Shown piece by piece: positions 1 through 9,353 of a stretch of 32,190 bases of DNA. Both the position numbers and the translations under genes were made by a program. The notes under the pieces are model-generated. The model ran no database searches and was not told the origin of the DNA. It saw only the letters and a list, made by a program, of their open reading frames with translations. Source of the stretch: Deltaproteobacteria bacterium (lineage in GTDB: Bacteria > Desulfobacterota_D > UBA1144 > Nemesobacterales > CSP1-2); assembly GCA_016187835.1 (NCBI GenBank), contig JACPIY010000029.1, positions 1 through 32,190 on the forward strand, in the 5' to 3' direction. Position 1 is the stretch's first letter. The number at the start of each line of letters is the position of its first letter.

Positions 1-362
1 CTTCTGTCATCCTGAAACCAACAAGATTCCTCACATGCTCCCTCACATTCGTTCGGGACAGGGTTCGGAATGACAATGAAGACTGTGCTGCCTTGGCTTT
101 TTTTACCTGTCATTTCGACCCCGTGAGATAATTTCACCCCATGGGATGTTTACTATCCCACGGGGTCATATCTCATGGGGGAGAAATCTTAGCCTTCGAG
201 AAATGACACCTTTTGTCAGATTGCTTCGCTGAGTTTATTTCTTGGCTTTGCTAAGTACTGGCTGTGAGATATCGAAGCGCTAGGAGTGACAGCCTAGAGA
301 ATTTTGACAGAGGGTGAAAATAGTACTTACATCGTCCGACAGAATAAATCTTGATTATTACA
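1..362. repeat. Repeat family A, copy 1 (may extend beyond window start)
   Basis: ~85-90% identical to 5183..5577 in direct orientation. Shares the long 3' block tctcatgggggagaaatcttagccttcgagaaatgacaccttttgtcagattgcttc...agcgctaggagtgacagcctagagaattttgacagagggtgaaaatagtacttac...gtccgacagaataaatcttgattattac. Has internal CTGTCATTTCGAC short direct repeats and hairpins. No coding potential. Confidence 0.85.
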
Positions 363-393
363 AGTTGCTATAAATTGGATATTGTACCACTTT

Positions 394-1464
394 TTAATCA
401 CGTACCTTCGGCAACCGAAGTGGAGGCAGAATTTGTTCGATCTTAGCTCGACTGGGTTCCAACCACGACGGAAGCTGTAATTTCGTTCCCAGTTTCTCCG
501 GTGATTCATCTACTCCAAAGCCAGGCGGGTCAGTGGCAATTTCAAAGAGCACACCGCCCGGCTCCCGAAAGTAAATTGAGCGGAAATAATTACGATCCAA
601 CACAGGGGTAACATTTAATCCCAGCTTGACAATCTCCTGACGCAAGACCTTTTGTTCATCATCATTAGCTGCTCGCCAAGCAACATGGTGCACGGTGCCC
701 ACAGCTATCTTGCCCATGGTTCCATCAGGAAGGCACAGAACGTCAATTAAAGTTCCTGAACCTCCAGGGCCAACCTCGTACCTGAACCGGTTGCCGGCCT
801 CGCTGACGTAGCGGAAGCCGAGTCCTTCAGTGAGTATCGAAGCCGTTCGTTCATATCCTTCTACCGTGATAGTTAAGCTAACTCCAAGGAATGTAACGGC
901 ATTCAAAAGGAATGTTGCGTAAGGCCCCGCTGCAGCAACAACGAAACCGCCTAGTGCCGGACCGATTGCCCTCGACATGTTAAATCCTACGCTGTTAAGG
1001 GCTATTGCAGCTGGCAGTTCTTGAATAGGCACAAGTTCCGGCACAATCGCTTGCCATGCCGGTGCGTTCATTGCCGCGCCTAAGCCGAGCAAGAAAGTGA
1101 ATGTCAAAAGCACCCAGGGAGTGGTTATTCCAAGAAAAGTCAAAATACCAAGCCCTGCGGCAGCAACAAGCATCCATCCCTGTGTGACTATAAGTAAACG
1201 ACGGCGGTCAACTATATCTGCCAGCGCTCCTGCAGGTAGAGCAAGTAAAAACATTGGCATTGTTGTTGCTGTTTCCACCAACGCAACCATGATAGGCGGC
1301 GGCGCAAGCGAGGTCATGAGCCACGCCGCACCAACGTCTTGCATCCATGTTCCTATATTTGAGGCAACTGTGGCGATCCAGAGTGCTCGAAATAAAGGTT
1401 GATAAAAGGGACTCCACGCCGACCTGGTTGGCGGACTGTTACTGGACAAGAATAGTCTCTCCAA
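394..1464 (-). CDS. Chimeric protein: N-terminal ~195 aa of an MFS transporter (about 6 TM helices) fused to the C-terminal domain of a VOC/glyoxalase-family ring-cleaving dioxygenase; probably a gene remnant
   Basis: 356-aa ORF. The N-terminus has MFS-like hydrophobic helices (RALWIATVASNIGTWMQDVGAAWLM...). The C-terminal 150 aa read GFRYVSEAGNRFRYEV...VHHVAWRAANDDEQ...IYFREPGGVLFEIATDPPGF, typical of the second domain of two-domain VOC dioxygenases. GC content (~55%) is clearly higher than flanks (~38%). Confidence 0.6.
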   Translation of the reverse strand: MERLFLSSNSPPTRSAWSPFYQPLFRALWIATVASNIGTWMQDVGAAWLMTSLAPPPIMVALVETATTMPMFLLALPAGALADIVDRRRLLIVTQGWMLVAAAGLGILTFLGITTPWVLLTFTFLLGLGAAMNAPAWQAIVPELVPIQELPAAIALNSVGFNMSRAIGPALGGFVVAAAGPYATFLLNAVTFLGVSLTITVEGYERTASILTEGLGFRYVSEAGNRFRYEVGPGGSGTLIDVLCLPDGTMGKIAVGTVHHVAWRAANDDEQKVLRQEIVKLGLNVTPVLDRNYFRSIYFREPGGVLFEIATDPPGFGVDESPEKLGTKLQLPSWLEPSRAKIEQILPPLRLPKVRD

Positions 1465-1664
1465 TCAGTGACTCAGTTTGATGCAGAGAGAAATTTATGT
1501 CAATCAATGGTGTTCAATAATGTCCTGTTTTGTAGTGTTACAGTCATTTTATGCTAGTTTAGTGGCTTTCCAATGAAAGCAACCTAGTAAAAATTGACAT
1601 CAGGCTTCTTTTGCAAACAGGACAAACTTACCGATGTGACTGATATAAGCTACCAGCTAATCTC

Positions 1665-2444
1665 CTACTGTGCTGTCCATCCCTCATCTATCGCTATTGC
1701 GGCTCCTGTAATGTTACGAGCCGAATCGCTTGCTAAATATACAGCGAGGTCTGCCACCTCTTCGGGTTCTAACATCCTCTTCATTGGAGCCTCAGCTAGG
1801 ATTACTTTTTCAAGCACCTCTTCTCTAGGGATTCCATGGGCCTTTGCCTGGTCATCTATTTGTTTGTCAACGAGGGGGGTACGGACGAAAGTCGGACATA
1901 TAGCGTTTGCCGTAATACCATGCTCTGCCATCTCTAGAGCCGTAACCTTTGTAAGCCCTATTACACCGTGCTTTGCAGAAACATAAGCTGATTTAAATTT
2001 CGCGGCGATAAGCCCATGGATCGAAGACATGTTTATGATTCTTCCGCTTTTTTGCTGAATCATGTAGGGCAGGGCATATTTGGTACAAAGAAATGGTCCC
2101 GTAATCATAACTCCTATTAATAGATCCCACTTCTCTTCTGGAAATTCTGTGATTGGGGATACATATTGAAGTCCGGCGTTGTTTACAAGGATGTCAATTG
2201 TACCGAATTTCTTTACGGTCTCATCTATAAGCCTTTTACAGTCCTCTCGTTTTGTAACGTTGGTTTTAACAAAAAGGCCATCTCTGCCAAGTTCTTTAAT
2301 TTTCTCTACTGCTTTATTTCCACCTTCATCATCTAGATCGGCTACTGTTATGTTTGCCCCTTCTTTGGCGAATCCTTCTGCTATGGCTAGACCTATACCG
2401 CTAGCGGCACCAGTTACTATGCCAACTTTTCCATTAAGTTTCAT
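1665..2444 (-). CDS. Short-chain dehydrogenase/reductase, 3-hydroxybutyrate dehydrogenase-like
   Basis: GIVTGAASGIGLAIAEGF (TGxxxGIG Rossmann motif) and YVSAK catalytic motif (YxxxK). Start chosen at internal ATG (MKLNGKVGIV) preceded by AGGAG about 8 nt upstream; the track ORF extends to 2504. Confidence 0.8.
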   Translation of the reverse strand: MKLNGKVGIVTGAASGIGLAIAEGFAKEGANITVADLDDEGGNKAVEKIKELGRDGLFVKTNVTKREDCKRLIDETVKKFGTIDILVNNAGLQYVSPITEFPEEKWDLLIGVMITGPFLCTKYALPYMIQQKSGRIINMSSIHGLIAAKFKSAYVSAKHGVIGLTKVTALEMAEHGITANAICPTFVRTPLVDKQIDDQAKAHGIPREEVLEKVILAEAPMKRMLEPEEVADLAVYLASDSARNITGAAIAIDEGWTAQ

Positions 2445-2771
2445 CTTTAAGCTCTCCTTGTTTAAGTTTATTAGCTTGCAAATCATCGAGGTATATTCTC
2501 TCAAACTAGATTGCTAAACTGTCAGCCATGACTTTATTGAACCCCTACTAATATATATGGTTTTTATAGCTGATTAAAGGTTGTATGCGCTCTAAACGAA
2601 AGTCGGCTTTATATATAAAAAATTATCTTTACAAAGGGGAGGCATATAGTGTATAGTAGTGAAAAATATTTTAATTATATCAGATTGAAAGGTTAATAAG
2701 CCGGCAATAATAACCTTTATACGAAGCAGCAAATAACAAAATTCACATTATAAAACACTTAAAGGAGGTGT

Positions 2772-3047
2772 ATGATCATGTCAAGTTTTAAAAAGCTTTT
2801 CCTGACTTTATGTCTGGGAATATTTGTGATAGGATTCAGCGGATGCCCTGAACAACCGGAAAAACCTGCTGACACAGGAGAAAAGGTAGAAGAGCCAGCA
2901 GAACAACCGGCGGAGCAGCCAGCAGAAGAACCTGCAGAGCAGGGTGAGCAGATGAAAGAAGAGGGTGGAGAGATGATGCAAGAAGGGGGCGAGCATATGG
3001 AGGAACATGGCGGGGAAATGAAAGAAGAAGCTGCTCCTGCTCAATAA
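2772..3047 (+). CDS. Small acidic lipoprotein with PAEQ repeats and Met/His/Glu-rich tail
   Basis: Signal peptide with lipobox (FVIGFSGC). Repeats EQPAEQPAEEPAEQ and GEMMQEGGEHMEEHGGEM. Strong SD AAAGGAGGTG upstream. Followed by an intrinsic terminator. Confidence 0.75.
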   Translation: MIMSSFKKLFLTLCLGIFVIGFSGCPEQPEKPADTGEKVEEPAEQPAEQPAEEPAEQGEQMKEEGGEMMQEGGEHMEEHGGEMKEEAAPAQ

Positions 3048-3096
3048 ATAAAAAGCTCTCTTTCCTGACTTCTTAGTTAATAGCTTTGAATAAGAA

Positions 3097-3130
3097 CAAG
3101 GCTGGGTTAATTCCCGGCCTTGTATTTTTG
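3097..3130 (+). terminator. Rho-independent terminator
   Basis: 10-bp stem caaggctggg/cccggccttg (one G-U wobble), loop ttaatt, then tatttttg T-run, directly after the lipoprotein stop. Confidence 0.7.
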
Positions 3131-3460
3131 AATAAATCCTTAACAAGAATTCACTAGTGTTCTTGTTGTCATGAATGAAATCGCAATTTATTTCGTTTGT
3201 TTGTCCTATAGGTTAATCTAGGTTAGTCCACTAATTTGACGTCTGAAATCAAAACATTGAGTGGAAAGATAATAACTCCCTGTATCGGAGTTTGTTGTAT
3301 GGATAATGAAACGGGTTTTAGTGTAAGAGGTGCTATAGAACCTCAGAGGAAATTTCAAATTGGATTGATTATACGGAGGAAGAGAGGTTAGAAGTTCTTG
3401 AAAATCTTAAAAACAGGGAGCGAACTTTTGGTCAATCTTGGAAATCTGTTTATAGAAGCT

Positions 3461-3799
3461 TCACCCACGAGGGTAGGGTAAACCATGCTTTCTGCGGTGA
3501 TTCTGCATTTCTTTTTTCTGGTGGGTTTTGATACAAAGGTCGGAGCGTGGTTTTGCACTACAGATTAAAACAAAACCTCCTTCCTTATCTTCAGGATAAA
3601 AACGAACAGCTTCGGATTGATCCACTTCTCCATTAAGGAGTCGTGAAGCGCAGGTTAAGCAGAACCCCTGCAAACACATGGATGGAAGATTATAACCTGC
3701 GTTATAAGCGGCATCGAGGATATACTCATCCTCTCCTACTTCGAGGCAGGCTATATCTTCCGGAGTATGGAGTTTGACTTGGTAGCTCTTCATTAACAT
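3461..3799 (-). CDS. Plant-type [2Fe-2S] ferredoxin
   Basis: Cys motif CLQGFCLTC (C-x4-C-x2-C) plus distal C (LICSAKP). Length about 100 aa. Confidence 0.8.
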   Translation of the reverse strand: MLMKSYQVKLHTPEDIACLEVGEDEYILDAAYNAGYNLPSMCLQGFCLTCASRLLNGEVDQSEAVRFYPEDKEGGFVLICSAKPRSDLCIKTHQKKEMQNHRRKHGLPYPRG

Positions 3800-3858
3800 A
3801 CAAAGATAGACGGGACTAGAAAGTCCCGTCTATCTTTGCTTTTGATTGCAATTACGGA

Positions 3859-4455
3859 TTATAAAAGCCACGGTTTTTGCTGTATGGAGCATCTCCCGGC
3901 TCTCCACGACGGAAATGGCCCGATGGAGCTTAGTAGTTCTATAAACCAGGCTTCGTGTTCAACCTCTTCCTGAAGGATTCGAGAAGCCATATCATAGGTG
4001 CGCGGGTCCTTGCCAAACGTAAGGTCACATACCTCGCTCCAGGTTCTAATTGCGCATCTTTCAGCTTCAAGTAGAATTTCTAGTATGCCAGCCGCAGTAG
4101 GGTTTTGTGGCAGATATGCATCTGCGCAGGATGCTCTGTCTGCGAAATCTCTTATGTCTGTTGGTAGGCTTCCTCCAAGCTCATAAATTCTGGGAGTAAT
4201 AAGCTCAAAGTGAGCACGGTCCTCAAGACGTGCGTCTTCGCAGATCTCCTTGTAGTCTTCGTTTCCTGCGAGGTACATACGTAGAACTGTGTAATAGTAA
4301 TATGTAGTAAACTCAGCACCAGCCGCATCAATTAGTTTTTCACGTAGTTCTGTAACGTTAACACCGCGAGCTTCAAGTTGTTCAACTCCTACGCGCTGAG
4401 TTACGTCTCCTGGCTTTACCTTTCCTGTCATGTGCTTTTTAACCTTTGTCGCCAT
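3859..4455 (-). CDS. Ferritin-like diiron-carboxylate protein (Dps/bacterioferritin/rubrerythrin superfamily)
   Basis: Two ExxH motifs (LEDRAHFEL and [10 protein letters not shown]) about 100 aa apart, as in ferritin-like four-helix-bundle proteins. Divergent from the Fur-family gene. Confidence 0.6.
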   Translation of the reverse strand: MATKVKKHMTGKVKPGDVTQRVGVEQLEARGVNVTELREKLIDAAGAEFTTYYYYTVLRMYLAGNEDYKEICEDARLEDRAHFELITPRIYELGGSLPTDIRDFADRASCADAYLPQNPTAAGILEILLEAERCAIRTWSEVCDLTFGKDPRTYDMASRILQEEVEHEAWFIELLSSIGPFPSWRAGRCSIQQKPWLL

Positions 4456-4564
4456 ACGTTTATTCCTCCTTGTTTGATTTTACTGTTATATGGGTTTACA
4501 TTATATCTTATTGCAATTCAATATCAAGTAAAATATAATATCAAATGTAATTGACTATTGAATG

Positions 4565-4582
4565 GATAATAAATCTATTATG
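4565..4582. promoter_or_regulatory. Candidate Fur/PerR-family operator in divergent promoter region
   Basis: Near-perfect AT-rich palindrome gATAATAaatcTATTATg between the divergently transcribed ferritin-like gene and the fur-family gene. Resembles Fur/PerR box half-sites. Confidence 0.35.
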
Positions 4583-4629
4583 TTGGTTGTATGCTTTATA
4601 TAATAAATTAAAAAAGCGAGTTTTTTAGG

Positions 4630-5070
4630 ATGAATAAAGAAGAAAAACTCCAGAAGTTGGTTGACATATCACGTGAAAAAGGGTTAAAACTCACCCCTCA
4701 GCGGATGGCAATTTTTCGTATACTCTCCGAATCGGACAAACATTTAACTGCTGATGAAGTGTATCAAAAAGCTAGAAAGGATTATCCAATGCTTTCTGCA
4801 GCGACAGTATATCGTAATATGGAGCAGATGGTTAGTTCCGGTCTGCTTTCTAATCTGGGTCGCAGCGGGGCAGCAATGAAATACGATACTAACCTTGAGG
4901 AACATCATCATTTTATTTGTTCTCATTGTGGGAAGGTTTATGATGTTTACCTTAGTAAAGTCACTTACGAACTGGACATGGAAAAATCCCGATTGGGTGA
5001 CGCAAAAATAGATGTTTCAGAACTATACTTGTATGGTGTATGTGAAGATTGTTTGAATAATTACGGTTAG
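4630..5070 (+). CDS. Fur-family metalloregulator, likely PerR-like given context
   Basis: N-terminal winged helix (LKLTPQRMAIFRIL...SAATVYRNM). HHHFICSHCG and CEDC metal-binding motifs. Neighbours are ferritin-like, ferredoxin and MsrAB genes. Confidence 0.85.
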   Translation: MNKEEKLQKLVDISREKGLKLTPQRMAIFRILSESDKHLTADEVYQKARKDYPMLSAATVYRNMEQMVSSGLLSNLGRSGAAMKYDTNLEEHHHFICSHCGKVYDVYLSKVTYELDMEKSRLGDAKIDVSELYLYGVCEDCLNNYG

Positions 5071-5182
5071 AATCTAAGGAACAATTGATTTGTAATAATC
5101 TAAATTTGACCAAACAGGCAATGTGGAGCTAAATTTCACCTAGTTTAATAATTTCTATCAAGTAACTGTCATTCGACCGTTC

Positions 5183-5577
5183 CTCCTGTCATCCTGAAAA
5201 CCAAGAAGATTCCTCACAAGCTCCCTCACAGGAGTTTACCCTGAGCACTTCGATTCTCTCAGTGCAGGCTCCGCCGAAGGGTTCGGGACAGGGTTCGGAA
5301 TGACAAATGAGACTGTCGTTTTGACCGACCCTCTTGTCATTTCGACTATCCCTTCTGTCATTTCGACCCCATGAGATAATTTCATATCTCATGGGGGAGA
5401 AATCTTAGCCTTCGAGAAATGACACCTTTTGTCAGATTGCTTCCCGGAGCTTATTCCTTCGCTTTTCTCAGGACGGGCTCTGAGGTATAGAAGCGCTAGG
5501 AGTGACAGCCTAGAGAATTTTGACAGAGGGTAAAATAGTACTTACCTTGTCCGACAGAATAAATCTTGATTATTACC
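5183..5577. repeat. Repeat family A, copy 2
   Basis: Direct repeat of 1..362 with two small indels; contains palindrome cccatgagataatttcatatctcatggg. Confidence 0.85.
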
Positions 5578-5696
5578 ATTGACTCCACACCGGAACTTGC
5601 TTGTATCTTTTATATTCACTCCAAATTAAACTCTTTGTTGAAACTTTATTTCTTATTTATCATCTTAATTGTGTACTTTGACAAAAGGAGATAAAT

Positions 5697-6767
5697 ATGT
5701 CAGTGAATATTTTTAGAGTCTTATGTTCATTGTTTATCTTATTTTTAACACAGAATAGCCTCCATGCGGAAACAAAACTCGAAACAGCTACCTTTGCCGG
5801 AGGTTGCTTTTGGTGTATGGAGCCGCCTTTTGAGAAACTCGATGGGGTTATAGAAGTAATATCAGGTTATACGGGTGGACATAAAGTGAACCCAAAATAT
5901 GAGGAGGTATCGGCTGGGGTAACCGGTCATGTGGAAGCCGTTCAAATCACTTATGACCCGTTTAAAGTGACTTATTCGGAACTTCTTGAGGTTTTCTGGA
6001 GGCAAATAGACCCAACTGACCCTGGCGGGCAATTTGTTGACAGGGGCTCACAATACAGAAGTGTGATTTTTTATCATAATGACGAACAAGAAAGGTTTGC
6101 CGAGGAGTCAAAAGATGAGCTGGAAAAGTCAGGAAAATATGGGAAACCAATCGTAACCGAAATCGTCATGGCTTCAGAATTTTACAAGGCAGAGGAATAC
6201 CATCAAGATTACTATAAGAAGAATCCGATAAGATATAAGTTTTATCGCTATAACTCAGGCCGTGATCAATTCTTAAAAAAAATATGGGGTGATAAAATGC
6301 AAAGTAAGTCCATAAACTCAAATGAAAAGTATAAAAAATTAAGTAAAGAAGAGCTCCGAAAAAAATTAACTCCAATCCAGTACAAAGTTACGCAGGAAGA
6401 GGGGACCGAAAGACCATTTAGTAATGAATATTGGGATAATCACAGGGATGGGATCTATGTTGACATAGTTTCCGGAGAGCCTCTTTTTAGCTCCCTCGAC
6501 AAGTATGATTCCGGAACCGGATGGCCGAGCTTTACCAAATCGCTTGAGGCTGAAAATATTATAGAGAAAGAGGATAGAAGCTTTTTTACGGCAAGAACAG
6601 AGGTTAGAAGCAAGCATGCCGATTCTCATCTAGGGCATGTTTTCGATGACGGGCCTGAGCCAACCGGACTTCGTTACTGCATGAACTCTGCCGCTCTTCG
6701 TTTTATTCCAAAAGAGGATTTGGAAAAAGAAGGGTATGGTGAGTATAAAAAGCTTTTTGAGAAATAA
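5697..6767 (+). CDS. msrAB: Secreted bifunctional peptide methionine sulfoxide reductase MsrA-MsrB fusion
   Basis: Signal peptide. GGCFWCME (MsrA active site). C-terminal SelR/MsrB domain with RYCMNSAAL. Confidence 0.9.
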   Translation: MSVNIFRVLCSLFILFLTQNSLHAETKLETATFAGGCFWCMEPPFEKLDGVIEVISGYTGGHKVNPKYEEVSAGVTGHVEAVQITYDPFKVTYSELLEVFWRQIDPTDPGGQFVDRGSQYRSVIFYHNDEQERFAEESKDELEKSGKYGKPIVTEIVMASEFYKAEEYHQDYYKKNPIRYKFYRYNSGRDQFLKKIWGDKMQSKSINSNEKYKKLSKEELRKKLTPIQYKVTQEEGTERPFSNEYWDNHRDGIYVDIVSGEPLFSSLDKYDSGTGWPSFTKSLEAENIIEKEDRSFFTARTEVRSKHADSHLGHVFDDGPEPTGLRYCMNSAALRFIPKEDLEKEGYGEYKKLFEK

Positions 6768-6825
6768 AGGAATTTCCCACCCATTGAACGTGAGGCTTAC
6801 ATAAATTTTCAAGAGCAAAATATAT

Positions 6826-6888
6826 CGGGTAGCCCACCAGTCTTGCTGGTGCGTGATGTCGCAACGAGCAAGACTCGTTGCCTACCCG
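6826..6888 (+). other. Y-shaped structured element (candidate terminator or small RNA) downstream of msrAB
   Basis: Outer 7-bp stem cgggtag/ctacccg enclosing two hairpins (caccag-tcttg-ctggtg and gcaacgag-caaga-ctcgttgc). No following U-run. Confidence 0.3.
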
Positions 6889-6916
6889 GTTCAGAACGCA
6901 ATTAGGGTTTTCTCTA

Positions 6917-7201
6917 AAGTTCTGTTTTCTTTACTGATAAACTTCTCAGATTTGCAAGAGATGAGTTTAAGCCTGTGAAAACTATAGAGGTATCGGTGTT
7001 TGATTTTTGCTGATAAGGACTTAATTCTGTCAAACACACTGCGTATAACAGTGTTTCGCTCTCTCGTATTCTCCACTCGAAAATCTAACCGAAAGGGTAT
7101 TGTCTGGAATCTAAAAAAGCACCAAAATTAATAAGTGTTGAAATCAGGCCGTCTTTTGTGATATAAATAGCTTATGCATAAGATCGGTTCAAAAATGACT
7201 G
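6917..7201. repeat. Repeat family B, copy 1
   Basis: ~85% identical to 8694..8984, direct orientation. Small ORFs across the copies differ by frame-breaking indels, so it is non-coding. Confidence 0.8.
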
Positions 7202-7469
7202 AAATATATACAATGCAAGCGCTAAAGATTTTGGCAGGATTAAAAGCCCTCCGGATAATTTGAAGAGGGGAAGAGGTGAGGAAAACAAAAAATAAGCCTG
7301 TCCAGCTTTGTCGAAGGATCGGTTTTAACTAGAGTAAGAAATTAATATACCAATTTGGAGGGGATAACCGCAGTAATGCAATTATTGGCCGTTATCTGCT
7401 CATTGCGGGCAGGAGAAAGGAGGATTAAAAAAATACAACCGTCTCTAAAAATTAAAAGGAGGTAGTATA

Positions 7470-8327
7470 ATGGATGAAAGAGATGTTTACATGGCTAAGG
7501 AGGCATTGCAGTCTGCAATGAAGAAAGGACGTATGAGGCTGGCAGTGATTATTGGAGCAATTCTAGTCGGTTTTCTGTTTTTACATCCATGGGTTCAGAT
7601 TGGGGCAGGTGAAAGAGGGGTTGTCCTTAATTTTGGCGCTGTTCAAAAGAATGTGCTTGGAGAAGGGCTGCACTTCAGGGTACCTATAATGCAGAGGGTT
7701 GCCATAATGGATGTCAAGGTTCAGAAGGCAGTGACTGATGCCGCATCTGCCTCGTCTGATCTTCAGGATGTGACATCATCGGTTGCGCTTAACTATCATG
7801 TCATACCTGATAAGGCAAATGTTGTCTATCAAACCATTGGGGTAGAATTCAAGGAGCGTGTTATAGACCCTGCAATACAAGAGGTAATGAAAGCTGTGTC
7901 AGCCAAGTATTCAGCAGAAGAGCTTATCACAAAGAGGCCAGCGGTAAGTGAGGCAATGAGAGCATCCCTTGCTGAAAGGCTCCTGGCGTACAACATAGCA
8001 GTTGATGCGGTTTCTATCGTCGGTTTCAGCTTCTCCAAGATATTTATGGAAGCCATTGAGTCAAAGCAGACAGCAGAACAGCTTGCACTAAAGGCAAAAA
8101 GAGACCTGGAGAGGATAAAGATAGAGGCAGAGCAGAAGATTACGGCGGCACAGGCAGAGGCAGAGTCCTTGAGGCTGCAGAGAGCAAATATTTCAACAGA
8201 TCTTATAGAGCTTAGAAAGATAGAGGCCAATCTCAAGGCTATAGAAAAATGGAATGGGATACTCCCCCAGGTTACAGGTGGCGGCGCAGTGCCATTTATT
8301 GGCGTAGGTGAGATACAGAAGAGATAA
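7470..8327 (+). CDS. SPFH/band-7 (prohibitin/HflKC-like) membrane protein
   Basis: N-terminal TM helix. SPFH core (RGVVLNFGAVQKNVLGEGLHFRVPIMQRVAIMDVKV). C-terminal coiled coil. SD AAGGAGG 8 nt upstream. Confidence 0.85.
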   Translation: MDERDVYMAKEALQSAMKKGRMRLAVIIGAILVGFLFLHPWVQIGAGERGVVLNFGAVQKNVLGEGLHFRVPIMQRVAIMDVKVQKAVTDAASASSDLQDVTSSVALNYHVIPDKANVVYQTIGVEFKERVIDPAIQEVMKAVSAKYSAEELITKRPAVSEAMRASLAERLLAYNIAVDAVSIVGFSFSKIFMEAIESKQTAEQLALKAKRDLERIKIEAEQKITAAQAEAESLRLQRANISTDLIELRKIEANLKAIEKWNGILPQVTGGGAVPFIGVGEIQKR

Positions 8328-8351
8328 CCGAGTAATCATTGGCGGTATCCA

Positions 8352-8636
8352 TTGGTTAGATATGTTATTCTGCTTACTATTGCAGGTATTGTGGGGAGCA
8401 TTATAGCTATAAGAAAAGGGCACAGCCCGATATGGTGGTTTATACTATGTGCCCTTTTCCCTTTGCTTATTATTGTTGTTGCATTGCTTCCACCTATGGT
8501 ATCTAAAGGGTATACCAAAAAGTGCCCTTACTGTGCAGAGATCATTAAAGAAGATGCAATAGTTTGCAAGCATTGTGACAGGGAGCAACCTATAGAGATG
8601 GTCAAGATAGAGAAGGATTCAGATCTTGAATCATGA
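8352..8636 (+). CDS. Small two-TM membrane protein with C-terminal zinc ribbon
   Basis: Two hydrophobic helices followed by CPYCAEII...CKHCD (CxxC...CxxC). TTG start assumed from the ORF track; start is uncertain. Confidence 0.55.
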   Translation: MVRYVILLTIAGIVGSIIAIRKGHSPIWWFILCALFPLLIIVVALLPPMVSKGYTKKCPYCAEIIKEDAIVCKHCDREQPIEMVKIEKDSDLES

Positions 8637-8693
8637 ATTTCTCTAATTGTTATTTTATCTCTCTTATATAAGGATTCTGAGAGACATATTCTC

Positions 8694-8984
8694 CTGAAGT
8701 TGCTGATAAACTTTTCAGATTTGCAAAAGATGAGTTTAAACCTGTGAAAACTATAGAGGTCCCTGTGTTTGATTTTGCTGAAAGGACTTAATTCCGTCAA
8801 AGACATAGTGTATAACAGTGTCTCGCGCTCTCGTATTTTTCAGCCTAAAATCTAGCCAAAATCGTATTGATTCTGCAATTTGGAAAAGTAGCCAAAATAC
8901 TTATAGAGAAATTGTTGCTGTTGTTGTTGAAATCAAACTGTCTTTTGTGATATTTTATGTATAAAATCGGTTCAAAAACGACAG
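8694..8984. repeat. Repeat family B, copy 2
   Basis: See copy 1. The pair brackets the SPFH and zinc-ribbon genes. Confidence 0.8.
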
Positions 8985-9353
8985 ACTGGCCTAAGAGAAA
9001 GATGCGCGCAATGAATTTTAAGAAGAAACTGTTGAAAGCTTGACTATTCAATTAAGAGAATAAAACAATGCAAAGGCGCCCGTTAAAGGAAGGCTGCAGT
9101 TCCTATGCGTCTAAAAACCGGGGAATGCAGAACATGAATTTATGACCACATACCCTAATACAATTTATGAGGAGGACTGCTTGATGATTTCCGCAAAGCA
9201 CTTAAGGATGAAATTGAAGTTGCTAAACGGAATTCTTCGTATAGTGCTATACCACTAAGCAATGGCCATAAAGTAGCTCAGCTCAGCTCCGCTTTCCAAT
9301 ATGCTTTCCTGATAGATACTGTTCTGAATGCTCCTGATGGCGCACCCGGTGAC

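Noticed and set aside
995-1417. Track ORFs 1097..1402 (+), 1208..1417 (-) and 995..1177 (-) inside or antisense to the MFS/VOC gene
   Set aside because: They overlap a well-supported gene in a locally GC-rich segment, where stop codons are rare by chance. No motifs or RBS.
2808-3146. 112-aa minus-strand ORF antisense to the PAEQ lipoprotein
   Set aside because: Low-complexity mirror of the repeat-rich sense gene; the sense gene has a signal peptide, SD and terminator.
6826-6888. Possible tRNA gene after msrAB
   Set aside because: It has three stems, but the geometry (two internal hairpins with 5-nt loops) is not a cloverleaf. No anticodon/T-loop signature.
7829-8236. 135-aa minus-strand ORF inside the SPFH gene
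   Set aside because: Antisense to a strongly supported gene. Ala/Ser-rich low-complexity translation typical of a reverse-frame artefact.
6891-8806. Small ORFs within repeat family B (6891..7076 and 8528..8806, both minus strand) encoding similar peptides
   Set aside because: The two copies differ by a frame-breaking 2-nt indel, and substitutions are not biased to third positions. The similarity is a nucleotide-level repeat, not a conserved coding sequence.
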